Below are positions 1 to 9,512 of a DNA stretch of 64,000 bases, piece after piece. A program made the position numbers and the translations under genes. The notes under the pieces are model-generated. The model was not told the DNA's origin. It saw only the letters and a program-made list of their open reading frames with translations, and did not search any database. The number at the start of each line of letters is the position of its first letter. The first letter of the stretch is position 1. The stretch is from Verrucomicrobiota bacterium (GTDB lineage: Bacteria; Verrucomicrobiota; Verrucomicrobiia; Limisphaerales; UBA11358): positions 45,544 to 109,543 of the forward strand of contig JBEKKZ010000005.1 of assembly GCA_050010435.1 (NCBI GenBank), in the 5' to 3' direction.

Positions 1-1
1 G

Positions 2-2506
2 TTTTACGAAATGTATCCGCCGACGTCGCGCAGCTTGGTGCAGGCGTTTGAAACGCGGGCGGTGAACCGGGACACGAACTTTACGGCTATCGTGCAGCGA
101 CTCCAGCCGTTGCTACAGGCCGGAACCAACAGCGAGTTTGGCAATTTGCAGGAGGCCATCGGCACGAACAACCTCACGCCGTATTTCCCGTTCTTTAATG
201 CCAGGAATGAGCTGTATCCAAACACTTTCATCCTGAATCAGCTTCAACGTGATGCGTTGGGCAAAATCAAACTCGGACTGGATTTGCAGGGCGGCACGTC
301 ATTCCTCGTGAGAATGGACACCAACCGCCTGGTCTACGTTGAGACGGTTACGAATAGTAGTTCAGGCGCAGTCGAGGTGATTACGAACATGGCCAGGACG
401 GAAGGTGCGTTGTCGCAGGCGGTCGAGGTGTTGCGCAAGCGCGTGGATGCGTTTGGCGTGGCCGAGCCAATCATTCAACCGGCGGGCGGCAACTGCATTT
501 TGATTCAGTTGCCCGGGCTGTCTCACGAAGCGAAGGAAAGCGCCAAGGCGCAAATTCAAAAGGCCGCGTATCTGGAATTCCGGATGGTGAAGGAAGACAG
601 CGACGAGATCATAAAAAACAACGAGCCGATTCCGCCCGGCTACGAGTTACTCAAGCGCGTTGAACTACAACCCAATGGCCCGCCGGTCATCGAGCAGGTC
701 ATCGTGAAGAAAAAGCCGGAAAACAAACTGGCCGGCGACATTATCGAAAACGCCTATGCCACGCGTGGCAACCTGGGCGAACCGCAAATTGAATTCCGAC
801 TGAACAGTGAAGGCGCGAAGCGGTTTGGTGAGGTGACCCGAAACAATATCGGGCAACGACTGGCCATTATTTTGGACAGAGAGTTGTATTCTGCGCCAGT
901 AATCCAAAGCGCGATTGAAACGGGCAATGGACAAATTACAGGTCGTTTCACCGTTGAACAGGCCCAGGAACTGGCCAATGTCCTGCAAAATCCGCTGCGG
1001 GCGCCGCTCATAATTGATTCTTCCTATGACGTTGACCCGACGCTCGGCCGGGACTCGATTCGCAGCGGCATCCATGCGTCCGTCCTGGCGATCATTTTTG
1101 TTTCCCTGTTCATGCTGGGTTATTATCTGCTGGCGGGCATCGTGGCAAATGTCGCGCTGGTCATTAACATCATCATCCTGCTCGGCGTGATGTGCTCCAT
1201 CGGCACCACGCTCACGTTGCCGGGCATCGCGGGCGTGGTGCTCACCGTCGGCATGGCGGTGGACGCGAACGTGCTGATTTACGAGCGCATCCGCGAGGAG
1301 TTGGCCAAGGGCAAATCGCTGCGCGGCGCCATCGCCGCCGGTTACGCCCGCGCCTTTGGCACGATTTTCGATTCGCATGTCACGACGCTGATTTCCTCGA
1401 TCATTTTGATTTTCATGGGCACGGGTGAAATCAAGGGTTTCGGCGTCACGCTGACGATTGGCGTGGCCGCCAGCCTGTTCACCGCGCTGGTGGTGACGCG
1501 GCTGATCTTCAATTTTCTGCTCGACCGCAACTGGATCAAATCGCTGCCGATGTTTCACCTCATCCGGGCCACCAAACTCGACTTTATGAAACTCGCCAAG
1601 CCGGCGTTCATTTTGACCTGGACGATCATTCTAATCGGTTTGGGTTACGGAATTTTTGATCGCGGCTCGAGATTGTTCGGCGTGGATTTTGCGGGAGGTG
1701 ACAGCACCAAGTTTAGTTTCGCGCAAAAGCTGGACGTGGAACAAATTCGTTCCGCGCTGACCGCTGCCGGTGAAAAGGATTCACAGATCCAGTATCAAAA
1801 AGACGTGGGCGGCGGCATCGAAACCCTCCGCGTGACAACTTCAATTGGCTCCGCTGAAAAAGTCGTGCAGGCGCTCACCGAAAAATTCCCGCAGGCGCAG
1901 TTCAAAGCCATCGAACAGCAGCGCGTCGGCGCGGTGGTGGGTGACGAAATCAAACGCTCGGCCATCATCGCCTCGTTGTTGTCGTTGTTCGGCATTCTGA
2001 TTTATGTGGCGTTTCGTTACGAATTTTACTTCGCCGTCGGTGCGGTCGTCGCGGTCATTCACGACGTGTTGATGACGATTGGCTGTTATTGCATTGCCAA
2101 CGGTGTTTCGGGCCGCGAATTTAACTCCACCGTCGTCGCGGCAGTGCTGACCATCATCGGCTTCTCCACCAACGACACCATCGTGATTTTTGACCGGATC
2201 CGGGAAGACCTGAAGCTTGGCGTGCGCGGCTCGTTCAAGGAAATCATCAACCAGGCGCTCAATCAAACCTTGAGCCGGACGCTGATCACCTCGGGCACGG
2301 TGTTTTTGGCCACGACGGCGCTTTACGTTTTTGGCGGTGGCGTCATCAACGACTTCGCGTTCACCTTCCTCATCGGCATCCTCACCGGCACGTATTCGAG
2401 CATCTACATCGCCAGCGCGCTGGTGTTGTGGTTGCACAAAGGCGAACGTCCGGCCATCGGCGGTTCGCAGGTGACGATGCAAAACACAGCGACGGCGCGC
2501 GTCTGA
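2..2506 (+). CDS. secDF: Protein translocase subunit SecDF (fused SecD-SecF); probably 5'-truncated by the window edge
   Basis: ORF 11..2506 (831 aa). SecD periplasmic-head motif LGLDLQGGTSF; two 6-TM blocks containing GIAGVVLTVGMAVDANVLIYERIREE and IIGFSTNDTIVIFDRIRED. The frame is open back to nt 2 and no N-terminal TM helix follows the first ATG, so the true start is likely upstream. Confidence 0.9.
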   Translation, partial: FYEMYPPTSRSLVQAFETRAVNRDTNFTAIVQRLQPLLQAGTNSEFGNLQEAIGTNNLTPYFPFFNARNELYPNTFILNQLQRDALGKIKLGLDLQGGTSFLVRMDTNRLVYVETVTNSSSGAVEVITNMARTEGALSQAVEVLRKRVDAFGVAEPIIQPAGGNCILIQLPGLSHEAKESAKAQIQKAAYLEFRMVKEDSDEIIKNNEPIPPGYELLKRVELQPNGPPVIEQVIVKKKPENKLAGDIIENAYATRGNLGEPQIEFRLNSEGAKRFGEVTRNNIGQRLAIILDRELYSAPVIQSAIETGNGQITGRFTVEQAQELANVLQNPLRAPLIIDSSYDVDPTLGRDSIRSGIHASVLAIIFVSLFMLGYYLLAGIVANVALVINIIILLGVMCSIGTTLTLPGIAGVVLTVGMAVDANVLIYERIREELAKGKSLRGAIAAGYARAFGTIFDSHVTTLISSIILIFMGTGEIKGFGVTLTIGVAASLFTALVVTRLIFNFLLDRNWIKSLPMFHLIRATKLDFMKLAKPAFILTWTIILIGLGYGIFDRGSRLFGVDFAGGDSTKFSFAQKLDVEQIRSALTAAGEKDSQIQYQKDVGGGIETLRVTTSIGSAEKVVQALTEKFPQAQFKAIEQQRVGAVVGDEIKRSAIIASLLSLFGILIYVAFRYEFYFAVGAVVAVIHDVLMTIGCYCIANGVSGREFNSTVVAAVLTIIGFSTNDTIVIFDRIREDLKLGVRGSFKEIINQALNQTLSRTLITSGTVFLATTALYVFGGGVINDFAFTFLIGILTGTYSSIYIASALVLWLHKGERPAIGGSQVTMQNTATARV

Positions 2507-2518
2507 CGATACACAATC

Positions 2519-3502
2519 ATGCCCGGTTTCGTTGAAATCACGCCATGGCACTGGGCGGGTTTCATTCTTTGCGTGCTGATTTTCCTCGCGCTCGACCTCG
2601 GCTTGTTTCATCGCCACGCGCGGGCAGTTAAATTCAAGGAAGCTGCCGCCTGGAGCGTGGTTTGGTTCGCGCTGGCGATGGCTTTTGCCGGGGCCATGGC
2701 ACATTGGCGCGGACAGGAGGAGGCGATTCAATTCACCACCGGTTATATCATCGAACTTTCCCTGTCGCTCGACAACATCCTCGTCATCGCGCTCATTTTT
2801 GCGTGGTTTCGCATCCCGGTGAAATTTCAGCATCGCCTGCTGTTTTGGGGCATTCTCGGCGCGCTCGTCATGCGTGGCGCGATGATTGCCGCCGGCGCGG
2901 AACTGATCAACCAATTCGACTGGGTGCTTTATGTCTTCGGCGCGTTCCTCGTTTTTGCCGGGGTTAAGATGCTTTTTTCCGGCAAGGAAACCCTGCAGCC
3001 GGAAAAAAATCTCGCGCTGCGGCTCGCGCGAAAATGTTTCGCCGTTTCACCTGACCTTGACGGGCAGAAATTTTTCACCCGGCTCGATGGCCGCTCCGCG
3101 CTCACACCACTGGCGTTGGTGCTGCTGCTCATCGAGACGACCGATTTGATTTTCGCCGTGGATTCCGTCCCGGCGGTTTTTTCCGTCACGCGCAAGGCAT
3201 TCATTGTTTTTACCTCAAACATTTTTGCCATCGTTGGCCTGCGCTCGATGTATTTTATGCTGGCGGGCGCGCTCGGTTATTTTCGCTATTTGAAAATCGG
3301 CTTGTCGCTCGTGCTCGCCGTTATCGGGGTGAAAATGCTCCTCGATCCGCATGGCCAGGAGCCGAAAAGGTTTCAGGTTGAAGTTCCGACGGGCGTTTCG
3401 TTGATGACGGTTGCCACGTTCATTATCATCGCCATCGTATTGTCCATCATGGTCGCGGAACGGGAGAAACGCACCGGCGCGGGCAATTCGTCAAAACCGT
3501 AA
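2519..3502 (+). CDS. TerC family integral membrane protein
   Basis: 327-aa polytopic ORF with TerC-type motifs ELSLSLDNILVIALIF and ETTDLIFAVDSVPAVF; starts 12 nt after the secDF stop. Confidence 0.8.
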   Translation: MPGFVEITPWHWAGFILCVLIFLALDLGLFHRHARAVKFKEAAAWSVVWFALAMAFAGAMAHWRGQEEAIQFTTGYIIELSLSLDNILVIALIFAWFRIPVKFQHRLLFWGILGALVMRGAMIAAGAELINQFDWVLYVFGAFLVFAGVKMLFSGKETLQPEKNLALRLARKCFAVSPDLDGQKFFTRLDGRSALTPLALVLLLIETTDLIFAVDSVPAVFSVTRKAFIVFTSNIFAIVGLRSMYFMLAGALGYFRYLKIGLSLVLAVIGVKMLLDPHGQEPKRFQVEVPTGVSLMTVATFIIIAIVLSIMVAEREKRTGAGNSSKP

Positions 3503-3508
3503 GCTCTA

Positions 3509-5257
3509 ATGAAATTCCGCTGGTCGCTCGCGCCGCCGCAACCGCTCCTTGCCGGTCAACTGGCGGCGCAGCTCAAAATCCCGCCCTTGCTCGCGCAATG
3601 CCTGCTCAATCGCGGTTTCAGCGAACCGTCCGCCATTGAAAATTTTCTCTCGCCGCGCCTCAAGAACCTTGCCGACCCTTTTTTGCTCCCGAACATGGCC
3701 GTCGCCGTCGAGCGATTGCTCCGCGCCCGCGAACAAAATGAATCACTGATCATCTTTGGCGATTATGACGTGGACGGCGTGACCTCCACCGCGCTCCTCG
3801 TCGAAGTTCTGCGTCCGCTTGGCTGGAAGGTGGATTTTTATCTGCCGAACCGCATGGACGAAGGCTACGGCCTCAGCGCCGACGGCGTCGAAAATTGCCT
3901 CAAAAAGTTTCCCGTAAAACTGCTGCTCGCCGTGGACTGCGGCTCGACAGCCGTGGAAACCATCAGCCTTCTGCGTTCGCGCGGCGTGGAGGTCATCGTC
4001 CTCGATCATCACCAGGTTTCTTCGCCCCCACCGGCCGCCGTGGCGTTGGTGAACCCGCAACTCCAAAGTAGCGCAGGCGTCCCGCCTGCACCGGACAGGC
4101 GTGACGCCTGTGCTACTTTCACCGAACTTTGCTCTGTTGGTCTGGCCTTCAAACTGGCTCATGCGCTGGTCAAACGCGGACGCGAAATTGGCTTGCCGGG
4201 CGCGGCGGAATTTGATTTGCGACCACTCCTCGATTTGGTCGCGCTCGGCACGATTGCCGACCTGGTGCCATTGACCGGTGAAAATCGGATTCTCACTTCC
4301 GCCGGTTTGCAACGCCTTAATATGACGCAGCGGCCCGGTTTGCTCGCGCTCAAGCAGGTCGCGCAGTGCCCGCCAATGCTCGGCGCTTACGAAGTGGGTT
4401 TTCAACTGGCCCCGCGCCTGAATGCCGCCGGCCGGCTCGAAACCGCGGAGGAATCGCTGCATTTGCTGCTCGCGCGCGATTTGGCCGGGGCCATGCCCAT
4501 CGCCCAAAGCCTCGACTCGCGAAACCGCGAACGCCAGAAGATTGAACGCGGCATCGTGGAGGAAGTCATCGGGGTCGTTAAATCAAAATTTGATCCGCAG
4601 ACTGATTTCGTCATCGTCGAAGGGCGATTGCTCTGGCACATCGGCGTGGTCGGCATCGTCGCGTCGCGCGTGCTGCAACAATTTTACCGCCCCACGATCA
4701 TTCTCGGCGGTGAAGGCGGTGAATGGCGCGGTTCGGGCCGCAGCATTGCGGGATTTGATCTGGCCGCCGCGTTGCGTGAGTGCGGCGATTTGCTCGTGCG
4801 GCACGGCGGTCACGCGATGGCGGCGGGACTGAGCCTTCAGCCGGACAAAGTGGACGCGCTCCGGCAGCGGTTGAATGAACTGGCGCGCCGCGCGTTGAAG
4901 CCGGAGGATTTGCAACCACCGGTGCGCCTCGATGCGGAAGTGGGTTTGGACGAAATGACTTTGGAATCGCTTGGCGAACTGGCGCGCTTGAAACCGGCCG
5001 GGCAGGGGAACCCGCCGGTGCAATTTTGCGCGCGCAGCGTCACGCACCAACGCCCGCTCCAGCGCATGGGCAAGGAGAAACAGCACGTCAAACTTTGGGT
5101 GACGGACGGCGCCGTGACGCACGAAGCCGTTTGGTGGAATGGCGGCGACGAGTCGTTGCCGGTCGGAAAATTTGATCTGGCGTTCGCGCCGCAGGTGAAT
5201 GAATTCAACGGCCGCCGCACGGTGCAATTAAAAGTGCTCGATTGGCGGGCGGCGTGA
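3509..5257 (+). CDS. recJ: Single-stranded-DNA-specific exonuclease RecJ
   Basis: 582 aa; DHH-family motifs IFGDYDVDGVTS, LLAVDCGS, VIVLDHHQ and DHHA1 motif GGHAMAAG. Carries a 17-codon family-A palindrome (SSAGVPPAPDRRDACAT). Confidence 0.9.
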   Translation: MKFRWSLAPPQPLLAGQLAAQLKIPPLLAQCLLNRGFSEPSAIENFLSPRLKNLADPFLLPNMAVAVERLLRAREQNESLIIFGDYDVDGVTSTALLVEVLRPLGWKVDFYLPNRMDEGYGLSADGVENCLKKFPVKLLLAVDCGSTAVETISLLRSRGVEVIVLDHHQVSSPPPAAVALVNPQLQSSAGVPPAPDRRDACATFTELCSVGLAFKLAHALVKRGREIGLPGAAEFDLRPLLDLVALGTIADLVPLTGENRILTSAGLQRLNMTQRPGLLALKQVAQCPPMLGAYEVGFQLAPRLNAAGRLETAEESLHLLLARDLAGAMPIAQSLDSRNRERQKIERGIVEEVIGVVKSKFDPQTDFVIVEGRLLWHIGVVGIVASRVLQQFYRPTIILGGEGGEWRGSGRSIAGFDLAAALRECGDLLVRHGGHAMAAGLSLQPDKVDALRQRLNELARRALKPEDLQPPVRLDAEVGLDEMTLESLGELARLKPAGQGNPPVQFCARSVTHQRPLQRMGKEKQHVKLWVTDGAVTHEAVWWNGGDESLPVGKFDLAFAPQVNEFNGRRTVQLKVLDWRAA

Positions 5258-5274
5258 AGTTTTTTAGAAATTAC

Positions 5275-5302
5275 TTGCAATTATTTCGGGAATGGCTAAA
5301 TT
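5275..5302 (+). promoter_or_regulatory. Possible sigma70-type promoter for the RRM protein gene
   Basis: TTGCAA (5275-5280), 16-nt spacer, TAAATT (5297-5302), about 135 nt upstream of ATG 5437. Pattern match only. Confidence 0.3.
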
Positions 5303-5436
5303 TGGCCCGTCTGTTGGACAACTTGTCCTTTCGAGGCATGGAAAATCTTCAAGTGAACGTGGTTCAGTGATGATTTGAGACCCGATGGTCGGGAACAGTC
5401 TGGAAAAACGGTTGGTCTTGAACAGCAAATCATTAA

Positions 5437-5763
5437 ATGAGCACGAAACTGTTTGTCGGAAATCTTTCCTTCAACACCACTGAAAATGACCTGCAGGAAG
5501 CGTTTGCCGCCCACGGCACGGTCGTCGAAGCCAACCTCATGATGGACCGGATGAGCGGCCGCTCGCGCGGCTTTGCCTTCGTCACCATGTCCACACCCGA
5601 GGAAGCACAAAAAGCGATTGCCGCCATGAACGGCGCGACGCTGGGCGAGCGTCAATTGACGGTTAATATCGCCCGTCCCAAAGAAGAGCGTCCCCGCGGT
5701 GACCGCGGCCCGCGCCGTGACTTCGGTGGCGGTGGCGGCGGCGGACGCCGGGATCGTTATTAA
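5437..5763 (+). CDS. RRM-type RNA-binding protein with Gly/Arg-rich tail
   Basis: 108 aa; RNP-2 KLFVGNLSF, RNP-1 RGFAFVTM, C-terminal RGDRGPRRDFGGGGGGGRRDRY. Confidence 0.85.
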   Translation: MSTKLFVGNLSFNTTENDLQEAFAAHGTVVEANLMMDRMSGRSRGFAFVTMSTPEEAQKAIAAMNGATLGERQLTVNIARPKEERPRGDRGPRRDFGGGGGGGRRDRY

Positions 5764-5787
5764 TCATCTCCGCAAGCAATTTTGGCC

Positions 5788-5829
5788 GGGGCGACGTTCT
5801 TGACGGGCGTCGCCCCGCGTCATTTTTTT
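5788..5829 (+). terminator. Rho-independent terminator after the RRM protein gene
   Basis: Stem GGGGCGACG (5788-5796) pairs with CGTCGCCCC (5808-5816), followed by a T7 run (5823-5829). Confidence 0.7.
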
Positions 5830-5888
5830 ATTGCGCGGATTTTTTATTGGCTTTTACGGTGCCGGGTTGGATAAGATTCGTTTCATTC

Positions 5889-6101
5889 ATGGAAGAACAC
5901 ATACAAATCGAGGGACGCATTCTGACGGTGCTGGCCGGGACGATGTTTCGCGTCGAACTGGACAATAAACATCAGGTCCTCGCGACTATTTCCGGCAAGA
6001 TGCGCAAACGATTTGTCCGTCTCACCGCGGGCGACCGTGTGAAAATGGAAATGTCGCAGTACGATTTGAACAAGGCACGCATCGTCTGGCGGTTGGGCTG
6101 A
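5889..6101 (+). CDS. infA: Translation initiation factor IF-1
   Basis: S1-like IF-1 sequence MEEHIQIEGRILTVLAGTMFRVELDNKHQVLATISGKMRKRFVRLTAGDRVKMEMSQYDLNKARIVWRL. Start trimmed from 5847 to ATG 5889. Confidence 0.9.
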   Translation: MEEHIQIEGRILTVLAGTMFRVELDNKHQVLATISGKMRKRFVRLTAGDRVKMEMSQYDLNKARIVWRLG

Positions 6102-6168
6102 ATTGACGGGGAAAATTTCGTTGCGGCCGAGCTTGCGTCTGCAACCGGCCAGCAACAGCTTTTACTGC

Positions 6169-6858
6169 ATGAACGCCGCCATTCTTGTCGCCGCCGGCAA
6201 AGGCATCCGCATGGGCGCGGGGGTGGACAAATTGTTTCTCGAAGTGGCCGGACGCCCGGTCGTCGCGCACACCTGGCAGCGGTTCGATGGGGCGAAGTGC
6301 ATCGGCGAAATTATTCTCGTCGTCCGCGAGGGGATGGAAAAACACTTCCTGGAACTTGCGGCAAAATTTCATTTTCAAAAACCATTTCGTGTCATCGTTG
6401 GCGGGACGGAACGGCAGGATTCGGTCTGGAACGGTCTGGAGGCGTTGTCGGTGACGGTGGAAATTGCGGCCATTCAGGATGCGGCGCGGCCTTGCACGAG
6501 CGGGGAGTTGATTGCCGCAACGGTCAAGGCGGCGGATGAAAGCGGCGCCGCGGTGGCGGCACAACCGGTAACGGACACCCTCAAGGAATCCGACGACGGC
6601 AGATTCATTCAGCGCACGCTCGACCGGTCGCGGCTTTGGACGGTGCAAACGCCCCAGACGTTTCGGGTCGAGGTGATTCGCCGGGCGCTGGCGGAAGCGC
6701 GCCGTCGCAAATTGATTTTCACCGACGACACGTCGGCGTGTGAATTGATTGGCCAGCCGGTCCGGCTGGTGTCCAGCGTGGCGCCGAATCCGAAAGTCAC
6801 GGTGCCGGGCGATTTGCCGTTCATTGAGACGTTGTTGAAAGGTAAAATTCAATTTTGA
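6169..6858 (+). CDS. ispD: 2-C-methyl-D-erythritol 4-phosphate cytidylyltransferase
   Basis: IspD N-terminal motif AAILVAAGKGIRMG..DKLFLEVAGRPV, plus IQDAARP and WTVQTPQTF. Start moved from 6103 to ATG 6169 (MNAAILVAAG). Confidence 0.85.
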   Translation: MNAAILVAAGKGIRMGAGVDKLFLEVAGRPVVAHTWQRFDGAKCIGEIILVVREGMEKHFLELAAKFHFQKPFRVIVGGTERQDSVWNGLEALSVTVEIAAIQDAARPCTSGELIAATVKAADESGAAVAAQPVTDTLKESDDGRFIQRTLDRSRLWTVQTPQTFRVEVIRRALAEARRRKLIFTDDTSACELIGQPVRLVSSVAPNPKVTVPGDLPFIETLLKGKIQF

Positions 6859-6927
6859 ACCGCCAGGACACAAACCGTTTCTAAAAACCTGGTGTCCGTA
6901 CGCCTTTGTGGTAGTCTTCCCCCGTTT

Positions 6928-8256
6928 ATGAGACGACGTTTGATTTATGGTTTGGTGATTGTGGCGCTGGTGTTGAACCTGGCGATTGGCGCGCGGATTT
7001 ATCTGGGGTCGGCGCACGCGGCGGACAAGCAGGACGCGGTGTATCCGAATCTGGAGTTGTTCGCCAACGTGCTTGAAAAGGTGCGCAAGGAATATGTGGA
7101 CGGCCAGAATCTGACGTATCACGACCTGGTTTACTCGTCGCTCAAGGGCATGGTCGGCTCGCTGGATCCTCACAGTGAATTCATGGACGTGAATGATTAC
7201 CAGCAATTGCAGAACGACACGGAAGGACGATTCGGCGGACTCGGCCTCGTCGTTTCGATGAGGGACAATTATGTGACCGTCATCGCGCCGATGGAGGACA
7301 CGCCGGGATTTCGCGCGGGAATTTTGTCCGGTGATCGCATCATTAAAATTGACGGCAAGAGCGCTGAGAAAATGTCGTTGCCGGAAGCGGTCAAACTGCT
7401 TCGGGGCGAGCCGGACACGAAGGTAACGGTGACCATTCAGCGTCCGTCATCGGGCCTGGTGAAGGATTACACGCTCACGCGCGCCATCGTCAAGATGGAC
7501 ATGGTCAAGGACATCAACGGCAAAAAGGAGTTTCCGCTGGGTGATGACAAAATCGGCTACGTCCGCATCGCGGAATTCGGCGACAAAGCCGGCGAAGAAC
7601 TCGAAGCCGCCTTGAACAAACTGAAAGCGGAGGGGATGAAGGCATTGATTATTGATTTGCGCTGGAATCCCGGTGGCTTGCTGGATGAGGCGGTGGAAGT
7701 TTGTGGAAAATTTCTGCCTCGTGGCCAGCTGGTCGTCACCACCGAAGGACGCGATCCGGGCCAGAATTTCGTCCGCCGCGCCGCCGGCAGCGGCGATGAA
7801 TTTGCCAGCAAGGCTGGTTCCCCAAAGCCGATAGTCGTGCTGGTCAATCTCGGCAGCGCGAGCGCGGCGGAAATCGTCACCGGCTGTTTGCAGGATTTGC
7901 ACCGCGCTGTCATTCTCGGCGAGAAAACCTTCGGCAAAGGCTCGGTGCAAAGCATTTTTCCGCTCGATGACGGCTCGGCGCTGAAACTCACGACCGCCAA
8001 ATATTACACGCCCAGTCACAAGGTCATTCACCAGCATGGCATCACGCCGGACATCGAAGTGCCCATGACCGAGGAACAGGAAGCCGCTTTGGTGCTGAAA
8101 CGCACGCTGGGCGGTCTGGAATCGCTCAACGCCACCAATCGCGTCAGCATCGAAAACGTTCATGACATCCAACTCGAACGCGCCCGGGATTTGCTCAAGG
8201 GCATCATGCTTTACAGCGGACGCGCGGATCGGGCGGAAAAAATGGCCGCGAAATAA
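6928..8256 (+). CDS. ctpA: Carboxyl-terminal processing (S41) protease with PDZ domain
   Basis: Signal-anchor [24 protein letters not shown] segment [42 protein letters not shown]41 motifs [12 protein letters not shown] and TFGKGSVQ. The upstream GTG 6892 is an alternative start. Confidence 0.85.
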   Translation: MRRRLIYGLVIVALVLNLAIGARIYLGSAHAADKQDAVYPNLELFANVLEKVRKEYVDGQNLTYHDLVYSSLKGMVGSLDPHSEFMDVNDYQQLQNDTEGRFGGLGLVVSMRDNYVTVIAPMEDTPGFRAGILSGDRIIKIDGKSAEKMSLPEAVKLLRGEPDTKVTVTIQRPSSGLVKDYTLTRAIVKMDMVKDINGKKEFPLGDDKIGYVRIAEFGDKAGEELEAALNKLKAEGMKALIIDLRWNPGGLLDEAVEVCGKFLPRGQLVVTTEGRDPGQNFVRRAAGSGDEFASKAGSPKPIVVLVNLGSASAAEIVTGCLQDLHRAVILGEKTFGKGSVQSIFPLDDGSALKLTTAKYYTPSHKVIHQHGITPDIEVPMTEEQEAALVLKRTLGGLESLNATNRVSIENVHDIQLERARDLLKGIMLYSGRADRAEKMAAK

Positions 8257-8259
8257 AAT

Positions 8260-8353
8260 GAGACCTCTGCAAAACGGGCGTAGCGGCTTTCGGCAGAAAG
8301 CCGGACAATTCAATTTTCCGAAGAAATGCGGCGGTCTGCCGACACGCCGCTAC
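8260..8353 (+). repeat. REPIN-like doublet, family G (GTAGCGGC-hairpin ... hairpin-GCCGCTAC), copy G1
   Basis: gagacctctgcaaaacgggc GTAGCGGCTTTCGGCAGAAAGCCGG ... GCGGCGGTCTGCCGACACGCCGCTAC lies in the ctpA-tsaD spacer. It is the reverse complement of copy G3 (44697..44817). Confidence 0.85.
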
Positions 8354-8360
8354 GATAAAC

Positions 8361-9494
8361 ATGACGGTTCTTGCCCTTGAAACTTCCTGCGACGAAACCA
8401 GCGCCGCCGTCGTGCGCGACGGCAGGGTTTTGTCCAGCGCCGTCTCCTCACAAATCAAGTTGCACGCCGAATACGGCGGCGTCGTGCCGGAACTTGCCGC
8501 CCGCGAACATCTGCGGAATTTGATTCCCGTCGTGCAAACCGCGTTACGCGAGGCGGGGGTGCAGCCGGGACAACTCGACGCTGTTGCTGCCACGCAAGGA
8601 CCGGGTTTGCCGATGGCCTTGCTCGTCGGATTCAAGGCCGCGCAGGCCGTCGCGTTCACCTTGCGGAAACCATTCATGGGCATCAACCATCACGAGGCGC
8701 ATTTGTATTCACCGTGGATTTCTCAACAACCAGTGCCACTCCCTGTAGCCGCGGACGTCAGTCCGCGCACTTTAAGTTCAATGAAAGTCAGCGCCGACTC
8801 ACGTCGGCGGCTACGGTTCAGGGACTCAATGCGCGGAATTTTCTTTGCCGACTTCACCGCCTTTCAACCGAACGTTTCGCTCATCGTAAGCGGCGGGCAC
8901 ACCATGCTCGTGCGGGTGGAATCCGAATTGAAACATCGCGTGCTCGGTTCGACGGTGGACGACGCGGCGGGCGAATGTTTCGACAAAACCGGCAAACTCA
9001 TGGGGCTGCCATATCCCGCCGGACCCGAAATTGACCGGCTGGCGGAGCAGGGGAATCCAAAGGCGTTTGACTTTCCGCGACCTTTGCTTAATGACCCCGG
9101 TGATGACTTCAGCTTCAGTGGACTGAAAACCTCCGTGCGCTATTTTCTGCGTGATAATCCAGCCTTGCTGGACGACGCACAGCGCTTGCGCGATTTGTGT
9201 GCCAGCATCCAGGCGGCCATCGTCGAAGTGCTCGTGAAGAAAACCATCCGCGCCGCGAAACGAAACCACGTCCGTTGTGTAACTGCGTCCGGAGGGGTCA
9301 CCTGCAATCGCGCCTTGCGCCGCGAACTGGCGCGCGCGTGCGAGCGCGAAGGTTTTGCGCTGCAGCTTGCGGAAAAAAGTCTTTGCACGGACAACGCGGC
9401 AATGATTGGGATTCTGGCTGAAAGAAAATTGGCGCAAAATATTCCCGCCTCCGACCTCGACGAGGAAATCAAACCCGGCTGGGTTCTCGCTTGA
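8361..9494 (+). CDS. tsaD: tRNA N6-adenosine threonylcarbamoyltransferase TsaD
   Basis: 377 aa; Kae1/TsaD motifs [45 protein letters not shown]. Contains a family-C palindrome in frame ([23 protein letters not shown]). Confidence 0.9.
   Translation: MTVLALETSCDETSAAVVRDGRVLSSAVSSQIKLHAEYGGVVPELAAREHLRNLIPVVQTALREAGVQPGQLDAVAATQGPGLPMALLVGFKAAQAVAFTLRKPFMGINHHEAHLYSPWISQQPVPLPVAADVSPRTLSSMKVSADSRRRLRFRDSMRGIFFADFTAFQPNVSLIVSGGHTMLVRVESELKHRVLGSTVDDAAGECFDKTGKLMGLPYPAGPEIDRLAEQGNPKAFDFPRPLLNDPGDDFSFSGLKTSVRYFLRDNPALLDDAQRLRDLCASIQAAIVEVLVKKTIRAAKRNHVRCVTASGGVTCNRALRRELARACEREGFALQLAEKSLCTDNAAMIGILAERKLAQNIPASDLDEEIKPGWVLA
8745..8814. repeat. REP-like palindrome, family C, translated inside tsaD
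   Basis: GTAGCCGCGGACGTCAGTCCGCGC ... GCGCCGACTCACGTCGGCGGCTAC. It starts on a tsaD codon boundary, and the same family occurs in glnS (35247..35308). Confidence 0.85.
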
Positions 9495-9512
9495 GTCGGG
9501 AAATCGTCACGC

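Noticed and set aside
665-2914. Long antisense ORFs opposite secDF (665..1558, 1841..2914). Similar ones lie opposite other strong genes: 6022..7206, 7447..8313, 17333..19003, 22320..23567, 35654..36850, 48652..50235, 53861..54883 and 57815..59074.
   Set aside because: These are typical shadow ORFs of high-G+C DNA. Their products are Arg/His/Gly/Ala-rich and low-complexity. The opposite strand encodes proteins with unmistakable conserved motifs.
8162-8380. ORFs encoding ...[15 protein letters not shown]...RRYDKH (8162..8380) and the mirror ORF 44619..44819.
   Set aside because: These are translations of family-G REPIN copies in opposite orientations, not genes.
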